From NCBI RefSeq assembly GCF_001194135.2, contig NC_068981.1, forward strand, positions 35,965,438-36,029,437: a stretch of 64,000 bases of DNA, written 5' to 3'. The position numbers were made by a program, and so were the translations under genes. The notes under the pieces are model-generated. The model did not search any database and was not told the DNA's origin. It saw nothing but the letters and a program-made list of their open reading frames with translations. Within the stretch, counting starts at the first letter, position 1; every line of letters begins with the position of its first letter. Positions 53,201 to 64,000 of this stretch are shown here, piece by piece. The DNA comes from Octopus bimaculoides. Its lineage: Eukaryota.

Positions 53201-54477
53201 CTGGGTGTTCAGGCTAAATTTGATATGTTTCTTTTTTTTCATAAACAGCTTCAAGTATTGGTGAACAGTCAGTGGCATCAGAGAGTATAATGATTAAACG
53301 TGTAGTTGAGTAAAAGTTAGCTGACATGGAAAACTGGGAGCCATCTGAATATTGTAACAAAGTTACTTGTATCATGAGATTTCATGCCAGGTATCAAAAT
53401 GCCAACATCATGACTATTACTGAATGCCTTGTGAACATTGCAAAGGTTGTAAGACATGGACAGCTGCAATAGAAACTACAAAACTCTGGCTAGCAGGAAG
53501 GGACATAGCAGGCATTCTGACTGCATCCACACACCATAATTCATTCAACTGATGAAGAAGACATTAGGCTCAATTCAGATGGCTATGTGAAGCTGCTGAA
53601 GACTGGTCAATCCTAGGGTGGAAAAGGTTATTGCTGGAAGGCCATATGTGTGGCAGCAGGATTCAGCTCCTTGCCATACTCTAAAAAGAATGAATAGTAG
53701 GGGTTGGAGAATTCCTACAACTTCACTAACCTCAATTTCTGGCTTCCTAATTTCCCTGATTGTAATCCCCTGGATTACTATGCATGGGGTACAGTTAAGA
53801 AAGACATCAATCACTCGGCTGCAACATAATGGCTGAGCTGCTGGCCATGATTAAGGAGGTGTTCAAAGATCTTCTTAGGGATGCTGTGAAGAATGTGTAG
53901 GTGCTTTCCCCCTCCACCTTTGACTGCAGGTAAACAAGCTAGCCATACAGAGAGAGGGTGCTACACAACATTGAGGTTCAGACATGTGACCTCATTTCTT
54001 TCTCTTTTTCTGCATGGACACGCAAGCTATGAGGACACAACTTGACTGGCTCTATCTTATGCCACAAACCAGCTAGCAGATAGGAGCATAGCACAGAAGA
54101 CCATGACTCTTACACACCAACCATTCTGTTTGTCATTCCATTGTGTATGTATATGTGACCACAAATAAACATGTTTAAGTTATAACCTTACTTGTATGTG
54201 TTTTCCGACTGGGTTTACCACCAGCGAAATTACAGCCTTCTGAGAGTCATGTTAGGTGGCTCAATAATGACCTGCACCATCTAAAAATGCATGCACCAAG
54301 ATCTTGAACCATCTTGATGCCATTATTAGAAACTGAGGGCAGTTACTTTGAGTAAAGTTATTATTTCCCAGCCATTATCTAGTCAATATTTTTTGACCCT
54401 TTAAAATACTTTATTTTCAGATGAGATATTGTTTCCTTTTCCTTTTATGCAAACTATCAAATTTAGCCTGAACACTG
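53201..54477 (+). mobile_element. maT/DD37D Tc1-mariner element with both TIRs, internally deleted and carrying an insertion
   Basis: TIR gggtgttcaggctaaatttgata at 53203 and its reverse complement tatcaaatttagcctgaacactg at 54455-54477, followed by TA. Peptides RLNSDGYVKLL, EKVIAGRPYVWQQDSAPCHT, FPDCNPLDYY and KNACTKILNHLDAII/ETEGSYFE*. Confidence 0.9.
53896..54234 (+). mobile_element. LTR-like insert (TG...CA, internal AATAAA) inside the maT transposase
   Basis: Starts tgtagg, has aataaa at 54164-54169 and ends aattaca. It interrupts the transposase between the K-N and A-C-T codons. Confidence 0.45.
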
Positions 54478-54489
54478 TATACACATATA

Positions 54490-55110
54490 CAGGGTGTGGT
54501 GAATAAATTGTCGTCTAAATTATGCAAAAATGAAAATAGCACTAACATCTCATTTTAGCAGATATGTTTACCAAAATTATATAAAAATATCTTGAAATAC
54601 TAAAGAGTAAATTTAGTTCAATAAAATCGCCATTGGCTTCAACCTCGGCCTCCAGACAACTTTGGAATCTCCTGCAACTCTTCTGGACAGTCTCCTTGTT
54701 TAAGTTGGTGAATGTTGCCATAATCCTTGCCTTCAATTCATCTTTGGTGTGACAAGGAATTTTGTTGGTCTCTCACTCAACTGTGCTCCACGCAATAATC
54801 AAGAGGTTTGCAGTCTGCAGAGTTAGGTGGCCAGATTTTAGGGGTGATGTTGTCACAGAAATTGTCTGACAGCCATGACTGGGTTCTCCTGCTTGTGTGG
54901 CATGGTACAGAGTCCTGTTGCCAGACATAGGGTCTTTTAGCAGCCACCCTCTTGACCCAGGGCAGCACTACCTCCTCCAGGCACTTGATGTAAGCTTTTG
55001 TGTTGATTCTGAGGCAGTGTGTAAAGATGAATGGAGACATAACATTGCCACCACTAGTGATCACTCCAAACACCATGATGTTGACTGGATGTTTGATTTT
55101 TATCACTCTC
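54490..55110 (-). mobile_element. Second maT/DD37D element, 5'-truncated where a SINE begins
   Basis: Peptides HPVNIMVFGVITSGGNVMSPFIF...RPYVWQQDSVPCHTSRRTQSWLSDNFCDNITPKIWPPNSADCKPLDY, with 37 residues counted between the QQD and PLD aspartates, and KARIMATFTNLNKETVQKSCRRFQSCLEAEVEANGDFIE. The terminus is TA-cagggtgtggtg. Confidence 0.93.
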
Positions 55111-55699
55111 AGAATATTTTTGTTCAGTTTTTCTCACAGAATGGATGAACTCAAGGTGTGTGTTCAAGACACTTTCTCAAGTTGCCATGCAGTGGTACTG
55201 AACCCTAAATTTTGTGACTGAGAAGCAAACAAACCTCTTAATCATTCAACCATATTGCATCAATAATGTATGTGTGTGCATGTGTGTGTATACATGTAGA
55301 TGCACACAAGCACATAGAGTTCATTTTAAATCATCTAGGAAAAGTATGTATTCACTGAGAATACACATGGACTCAACAGGTAGTTAGGAGAGTCATTAGT
55401 AAAATGACCTCCCATACGTTTTAGAACTATAACTTGAGCTGTTTCAGTTTATAGCATTAAAAAAATCTGCAAATCCTATAAAATATGAAATATATCTATA
55501 TAGTAGTGATCATGAAATGTATGTCATCATCATAACTACTATCCTCAATGTTGTCATCATCACTGCTGCCATCATCATCATCATTGTTGTCATCATTGTC
55601 ATCAACTTAGTAGTTATTGTTGTCATCATCATCTTTTTACATCCATTTACCCTGTGTTTTATTAGGTTCGATAATGTTTCTTCAGCATAGTATCTCACT

Positions 55700-56175
55700 T
55701 CTTATTGAAGATCCTTTGGGATCTTAATGAGGTTTGAACTCCTGAGGTATGCTTTTACCATTTCTTCAAATGGCCTTGAAAGTCTTTCTCTTCCACAGTA
55801 TCTTTCTTCTTGGATCGTTTGGTACTTTTTTCCCAAATGTCATCTTCCATACATATCTAGCACAAACTTCTCTTTTGCATACTTTCATAACCACTTCTCT
55901 CAGCTCATTTATGCTTTGTTTCTCATGCACACTTACATTATCTATCCAGTAAAACATACTTGTCGTGTTTCTGTCTATCCTGCAGACAACCTCTGCTGCT
56001 TTCAATCTCCATATTTCCCTACTATGAAATATCCCACTTCCCAAGCAAACATCACCCAGTCTACTTTTCACTCTGAGAGAGAATACTTTGTTAAAGCAAA
56101 GGGTATAACTCTTTAAACATTTGCAGCAGTGTTCTTGAATCCACCTCCACTGCTCATTATTTCACCTAGGTAACA
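55700..56175 (-). mobile_element. RTE-clade LINE C-terminal fragment, decayed
   Basis: Peptides LGEIMSSGGG and EIWRLKAAEVVCRIDRNTTSMFYWIDNVSVHEKQSINELRE, which match the RTE region upstream of the RLRWYGH motif. Confidence 0.8.
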
Positions 56176-56399
56176 AACTACTAACTACTTTTAGGGAGCT
56201 TTCTGAATATTTGATAGAAGTCAAGAATTCAATTCATATGGAGAAGGGGAGCATTGAGCAAAAGAAAGAGTGAGACATTGAGAAAATTTGATAGAGAGGA
56301 CAGAGAAATGAATTAGTGTGTGTCTATGTGGTTTTTTTCTGTAGTAGAAAAAAAGGGTCAGAAAGAAAGATATGTAGATAGGTGTGGGGAAATGAGAGA

Positions 56400-56632
56400 G
56401 AGAAATAGAATACAGAGAAACAGAGAGTAGTTGGAAAGAGAGAGAGAGAGAGAGAGTAGTTGGAAAGAGAGAGGGAGAGAGAGAGATAGAATACAGAGAA
56501 ACAGAGAGTAGTTGGAAAGAGAGAGAGAGAGTAGTTGGAAAGAGAGAGAGAGAGAGAGTAGTTGGAAAGAGAGAGGGAGAGAGAGAGATAGAATACAGAG
56601 AAACAGAGAGTAGCTGGAAAGAGAGAGAGAGG
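56400..56632. repeat. Hierarchical minisatellite built on gtagttggaaa(ga)n
   Basis: Six core copies in the order X-Y-X-Y-Y-X, where X adds atagaatacagagaaacagaga. Confidence 0.9.
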
Positions 56633-57976
56633 AACAGAGCAAAAGGAGTGCAGTGTAAAGATATGGAAATATACATAGAGGTGTTGTGAATGAGAGATAT
56701 AGTGAAGGAGCAAGAGAAAGAGAGAGGTAGTGTGAGAGGAAAAGTAGTATAAAAATGAGATATGAAAAATATTGAGTAAAGAATCAAATAAAAGCAAATG
56801 AAGTTCTAGAACATTCTTTCAAAAATTGGATTAAGAAGAAAAGTATGATAAATAAAGGACAAACAAACAACAAAATATGGAAAACAATAAACAAAATAAA
56901 AACAAAACTCAACAGCTCTCTCTTCCCTTCCAGAAATTAATAACTAAATAAATAAACAAATTAAAGAATGCCACACAGAAGCAAAAGCAAAAATGTAGAA
57001 ACACAATAATACATAACATGCATACATACATACATGCATGCATGCACATAAACATGAACATATGCATATATAATGATATAAGGAAAAAATCCAAACCTAA
57101 ATAAAAAGTAAAAATACAAAAACGGTGGGATGTGGGGAGGATAAAAATATATAAATAAATGAAAAGTGAGAAATACAGAAATAATTTAATAAGTGAAAAA
57201 TAAGGAATTCTTCCAATTTTCATTTCTCATACTGTGTTCTCATTTTCCTTTTTAATATTTTAGCTTCACCACTTTACATTTTGAGTTCAAATCTTACTAA
57301 GGTTGACTTCAATTTTTCTTACTCCAGCAGTGACTTATTGAGGTAAAGATATTATTGACAATATCACTCCCTTAAAATTTGTGTTCTTGTGACAATGTTT
57401 GAAACCATTATCATATTTTAGTTGTTATTAATCTTTGTGTTTTATTTTTCAATATTTAAAAAAAATTATTTTCTAGACCTGTTTTATCGGTATTTTCTCT
57501 TTTCTACAAGGTAGAGAACTTAATAACTATCATCGTGTCACATATTTTATGCTTTTTGTTTCAATGTTATTTTTGTTTTTGATTTTGTTTTATTGCTTTT
57601 ACTTATGCTGTTTATATCTTTAAAAAATTGAAAAAATGACTATTCTACTGAAAAATTTAAACAAACATAAGTAATTATTTTGCCTAAAAGTCATTAGACT
57701 GTCAATAAATAGTAATAATAATAATAATTATGGTTTCAGATTTTTCCACAAGGGGAGCAATTTTGGGGGAGGGGATGAGTCAATTACATCGACCCAGTGT
57801 TCATCTGGTACTTGCTTTATCGACCCCCAAAAGGATGAAAGGTAAAGTCAACCTTGGTGGAATTTGAACTCAGAACGTAGCAACGGGTGAAATACCACTA
57901 AGCATTTTGTCCAACACATTACTGATTCTGCCAGCTCGCTGCCTAATAGTAATAATGATAATGATGATGATGATGA

Positions 57977-58007
<31 letters not shown>

Positions 58008-59427
58008 AAGAAGAAGGTACAGTTTACAGTTCGCGTTAGGGTGTTGGAAATGTTGATTGTTGGTTTGTTACATGTTTGTTATTGCCGCTGTTTCTATTTT
58101 GTATTGTTATAACACTGTTACAGTGTATTCTTTATCTATTATCAACAATACTAGGCTTCTAAAGAATAAGTCCTGGGGTCGATTTGCTCGACTAAAGGCG
58201 GTGCTCCAGCATGGCCACAGTCAAAAGACTGAAACAAGTAAAAGAGTAATATCAATCATACTACAATATTGGAAGCATAAGGATATAACACTCTACCATA
58301 TGGTTTCAGGCTTAGTCCTACAGTGTGGTGCCTTAGACAAGTATTTTCTGCTATAGCCCCAGACCAACCTAAGCTTTGTGAGTGGATTTGGTAGATGGAA
58401 ACTGAGAAAGCCTGTCATAAATACATACATCCATGTATATGTATCTGCATATTTATGTACATATCATGTGGGGTGTTCATATCTCCTTTATTTAATATTG
58501 TGTTCTAGTTGTAAATGTATGTGACTGTTGTCCATTTGCAGTCTTCTGTGAAATCATGTCTAGCCATTGTGATATTCATGTTTGGAGGGCTAGGAGAAAT
58601 ATTATCTTATGTGGAAATAGGTAAAGGTTGGCAACAGGAAAAGTATATGACCATAGAAAATTTACTTCAACAATTTTATCTGACCCATGCAAGTCTGAAA
58701 AAGTAAACATTGAAATGATGTACAAAGCTCCACAGTGTGCAAAGCCTCAATGGATGTACAATCAATGATATCAAGCATAATTACTTAAGCTATTACTCAC
58801 TATTGGAGTTTGAAAGGTACAGACAGTTTGGATTTGAATGGTGGGACTTCAGTTTAGAATATAAAGGGATATAATAAAAAAAAAAAGCATTTCGTAACAA
58901 AAGAGACAAGACCTAGGTGAGCAATTTCCATTCACAAGCAGAAAATATATTATGCTATCAGTATTTTTAAAGCAAAATGCATGAATATCACACAATCACA
59001 TTTACATGCAGTAAATCAGCTCAACTCAAAAACTCTCAGTTTTACTTTTCAACTGAGCACATGGAACTGTGGTTACATGAAATGAAAGCACAAAGCATTA
59101 AATATGACCACTGAAATACAACTACTAACAATAGTAATAATAATAATCATAGATTACATTATATCCAAGGCACACAAAGCTATGCTTAGTACTGCAGCGA
59201 AAGCATGCAATAAACAATAAAACTACTGAGAACTAAAAATAGCGATAATTATAAGATGATGATGAAGATACTGATGATCATCATATTGACTGAAGAAAGT
59301 ATACAATTTGACATGAAATGGAAAGACAAATATAAAAGAAAAACAGCAAAAGCACAAAAAAAAAAGCCTAATAAATCAAACTAGGAAAAGCAAAGAAAAA
59401 TATAATATTGCTATTTGTTGTTTCTAG

Positions 59428-59458
59428 ATGAAGGTTTGAAGATGGATATAAATTTTAG
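59428..59458 (+). CDS. Candidate 31-nt exon, phase 1->2, xEGLKMDINF
   Basis: Acceptor tttgttgtttctag and donor tag|gtaatg. Only one frame is open. Confidence 0.2.
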
Positions 59459-60591
59459 GTAATGTTGTCATATACTTCTCGGTCTTAGAGATATCTAATA
59501 TAAATGATAAACTGTAGAAAATAACTTGAAGGTGGAAAAAAAATAATATAAGAGAGTGTTATGAATATTTATTAAGCTATTTTTTATTAAGTTAGATATG
59601 GTCTGATCCACAACTCACTGAAATTTATCCATGTAAGATATGTGCAATATCCCTGTCAGTATATGTGCACATACACAGACATATACATACAAAGACACAT
59701 ATATGTGTGTGTGTGTGTACATACATACATATGTTTGTTTGTATATTGTAGGTTTTCACATATGTAATGTAGTGGATAGAAAAACTAAGATTATCCAAGT
59801 AATTAAATAAAATTTCTCCCTCGATCATTTGAAATCTAAAAAAACCTAGCAATAGAAGATAATGCCAATAAAATCATTTCTCCAAATTCACTTAATGTAA
59901 ATCTTAGGTACAATAAACATGACATGCTGGTCTCTGAATTGCAAGTAGAGTCCATCCAATGGCATTATACAGTTTCTGGTCATACAATTTCGCTTACACA
60001 GCTTAAGTTAACCTGAAGCTACAAGAAAACAAAATTGCCCAAGATGCTTTGCCATCAGATTGGAACTTGAATCTCTTGACTGTAAAGCAACCTTCTCATT
60101 CAGTTTGCAATGCCTACATTGTGAGTCTGTTTGTGTAGGAGTATTTGTACACGAATTTGTATTTAAATTACATACACATATATCCAAATAATGTGTATAC
60201 ATCAGTCTATATATTCATGTATGCATGTATGTGCATACACACACATGCATATGTGTGTGCAATATATATATACACATATATATATATACTGTTGTATACA
60301 CACACACACACACACACATATATATATTGTTGTATACACACACTTATTTGGATATATGTGTGTGTCTGGGTGTGTAATTTAAACACCAATTTGTGTAGGG
60401 CCATGTCTGTGTGTGTGCATTTATACACGTGTGTGTTTGTACACCTATGTGTGTATGAAGGAGAAGTGTATAGATGTAGCTATGTGAAAATTGATTACAT
60501 CAACATAGTATCTTATTCCAACACCTATGTATGGAATGCCATATTGTGCACTCTAAATTCATTTGCAAAAGATGAGATGAGGTGGTGAAAG

Positions 60592-60623
<32 letters not shown>

Positions 60624-60630
60624 ATGATGA

Positions 60631-60664
<34 letters not shown>

Positions 60665-60667
60665 CAC

Positions 60668-60702
<35 letters not shown>

Positions 60703-61737
60703 AACACGCACACACACACATGTACACATGGACACACACATGCATACACACATAGACACACACACACACATACACACACGTGAATAGTGAATTCTAGACT
60801 GAATGACACCTTTTAGAGATGGAACAAGGAAGTGTAAGTTATGTTGCGAAAAAAAAAGTACATAAACAAATAAAGAAAATAAGAAACACTCAAATATAAA
60901 GGTACTTAATATAGGGGAGAAGAAAATAGGAAATACCATGGTAAAGATGAATGAAGTCAGAGAAAAAAATAAAGAAAGGAATAGATGAAGAGAAAGAGCT
61001 GGAGGAATAAGAAGAGAAACATCCACGCATAAAAAAAAAGAAAATAGAAATCTCTAAAAAAAGATAAAAGAAGATAATGATGAAATGAGAACTTAGAAAT
61101 TGTTGGTGGTATAGAGAGCAGTAGATAAAAATGGAGAATATAGGGGTGGTGTATTTTTATGTGTCTACATATATATATGTTTGAATGTATGAATATATGC
61201 ATGTCTATCTGTATATATGTATGTGTGCATATCTGTAGGTGTATGGGAAAAGGAGAGCACCAGAGAAATAATTTATATATTATATGTGGGTATAACTATG
61301 AGTATGTATGTTAAAGGAAGAGAGAGAGACAGAGAGAGATAGTAATACAAAGAATAGCAAGAAAAATTCATGATTAAAGAGGAAAAGTTCCAAGATATGC
61401 TGCTACACTGTTTGGGGTAAAATTTACTACCAGTCCATGATGTCTGAAGGGGGTGATGAAGAAAATTAGCAAATCTCTGGTTCACTCTGTTCTGACATCT
61501 CCCAACCTCCTCTATCACCAATGACTCATTTCTTAATTACTGACTTCAGTCCATGCTGCCAACCTCCTGGTTGTCACTTCTCCTTCTCCAGCTTCTTTCT
61601 ACACCAACCTTGTGTGCGCCCCTACATCTATATTTTGGAAATGGTTGACTTCCTTGGCTATGATTAGAGGCAATCTTAGAGAATAGAGAACTTACACACA
61701 CATATATAGAGAGAGACAGAGATAGATAGACAGATAG

Positions 61738-61830
<93 letters not shown>

Positions 61831-62969
61831 AAGAAAGTGAACTGTGGAAAGTGATTATTCTGAAAGATGCCAACTAAGAAAATCTATTATGGTGACATCG
61901 TCGGCTTTGCTGGATATATTGAGTAACTATTAAGGATAATGGTTTCCTTCTACTGTGGCATAAAAGTTACAAAATTTATGGCTTAGATTTAAAGTTTGCA
62001 GACCTTCCCAAAGTTTAGAACCTTTAAGATTAAAACAAAGATTGCACATATTACTTGAATCTTGATCATGAAGCAAAACTTTAAAGACAGACAAATAATA
62101 CTGAAACAAGATGAAGCTCTTTTTATCTATTTATGGTTAAAAATTTTTAGACAGATAAAATATAATAAAAGATGACTCAATAATTGCTTTGTAATATATA
62201 TGTGGGTAAGAAGATTGCTTTGAATGAAATTACAGAGTTTTGGGTTCACTCTTACTGCAGATCAACTTGAGTAAGTCTATTCTACTACACATTTGCATTG
62301 ACACCAATGAAGGAAATTGGTTAGAAACTCTGCTTTCCCTAACTTTCCTGTTAAACATAGAAATGTCCTATGTGATATATATATTCTTCTGATATATATT
62401 CTTCTGATATATATATATATTGTTATTACTATTACCTAATCAGGAAAGAAAAATACTACCCATGATCCTTTCTAGGATCTCCAAGACAGCTGGGACTGAG
62501 AAAGAAAAGAAAATATCTTAAAACATGAGATCTACTCTGAATAATTGTAATGATGTGAAATCTGCTCAGGTAGCCAAAGATCAAATGATGGTGTTCAACC
62601 AGATGAGGGTTTAGGTCTATCATCCATATGTGTGTGTTTGTGCATGTGAATATGTGTATGTGTGTATTTCTGTGTGTGTGCATATGTATCCACATCCGTC
62701 TGTGAGTGATATTTGTTTTATATTCTAATCATGATGAATAATTCATTATCTAAAAGTAAATGAAAAAATCAGTTTTCCTGAAGATCATAATGATAATCCA
62801 TCTGTAACTAGAAACTCATGCAGGCTTTGTCTCTGAATAATCAAAACTTCCAGGAGTTGAAACGATTGTTGTGCAAACTTTTAAATAAAGAAATATGAGA
62901 TTCTACTTTCATACTGAGCAATACATGCTAAAGTAACCTCTGTTGACTGAATCGATTTCAGCAAGGTAA

Positions 62970-63061
<92 letters not shown>

Positions 63062-64000
63062 TCATGTGTTTATGCATGTATATCTTGGTTTTCAGAATAG
63101 GTGCACCATATTGTTGTACGTCATAAGGGTCAATTAAAAGGATATGGTTCTCTTTAGATACCAAGGCTCTTTATTCTGTTCCAACAACAGTGTGGATGCT
63201 TTCTGAACCTCATACCACATATTAGTGGGGAGGATTCCCAATGACCTGCTATTATGAGAAATTAGTCTATGAGAAGAAATCATCAGGGTGACCTGAACTT
63301 TATTTTAAAGTTTGAAAATGAAACATGAACTTATTGAACATGGACATTAAATGACAGGATAATATTGTAAACATTAACTTTCATTGATATCTGAAACCAT
63401 TCAAGAGTTTTAAGAAAGAAGATGAGAAGTTGGGTTTAGTAGCTGAGGAACAGTGCAATAAATGTAAGAGCACTAGAGGTTGGTGCCTTTGAATCCATTC
63501 ATAGTAACAGAGGCTGTCATATGGGCTTTTATAGTCACTGCAAATACTGATCCACTAGTGAGAGTGAAACAAGACTTTCCAGGTGCAGATCCTTGGTCTT
63601 ACAAAATTTGCAGTCTGTAGTAATACACATGTGCACACATACACTCGTGAGTGCATGGTTGTGTTTGTGAGAGTAAATGTATGCATATGTGAGTGCGTGT
63701 GTGTGCACAGTGATGTTTATAAGACGAAAAGAAAATGAGAGTGAAATTTTATACCACCGCATTATGTAAATGTGGTATTAAAGAAAAGCATTATATAGTG
63801 AGGTGCTAAATAAAGTATTGAATATTTAGGTGTTAAAATAAAACGTCTATACAATTATGTGTAAAGCATAAAATAACCTGCACAGTAAGGTGTTGTTTAA
63901 AAAATTATGTAGTGATATTTAAAAATTAAATGAATGACAAACATATACTAACACTGCATATCTGTATATAAGAAGTATATCATATATATATATATATATA

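Noticed and set aside
58542-58620. Exon-like segment with good acceptor and donor and a hydrophobic peptide
   Set aside because: It falls within an RTE-tailed SINE copy.

Overview
AT-rich eukaryotic genomic DNA from a gapped scaffold, with six N runs, most of them next to (TA)n. The microsatellite load and the repeat families look like an octopus (coleoid cephalopod) genome; this is inferred from remembered repeat consensus sequences, not from a search. The window is essentially intronic or intergenic. Nearly all long ORFs in the supplied track are translated microsatellites. The real protein-like ORFs are transposon relics: RTE-clade LINE pieces, a CR1/L2-like LINE 3' piece, a full-length decayed mariner with both TIRs, and two DD37D (maT) elements lying tail-to-tail. 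About 30 tRNA-derived SINE copies from three or four families are present, including a head-to-tail array at 43.9-45.5 kb. No host gene can be named; only low-confidence small exon candidates are visible on both strands. The best leads are: a minimal type I hammerhead ribozyme core of the Penelope kind at 6.24-6.27 kb plus a second decayed one at 26.55 kb; a 33-nt minus-strand exon that begins with a perfect 5' splice site (recursive-splicing layout); three abutting hairpins at 34.45-34.55 kb; a nested LTR-like insert inside a maT transposase; and a TpA-rich, CpA/TpG-poor island near 1 kb. I cannot show a new biological system from this sequence alone.
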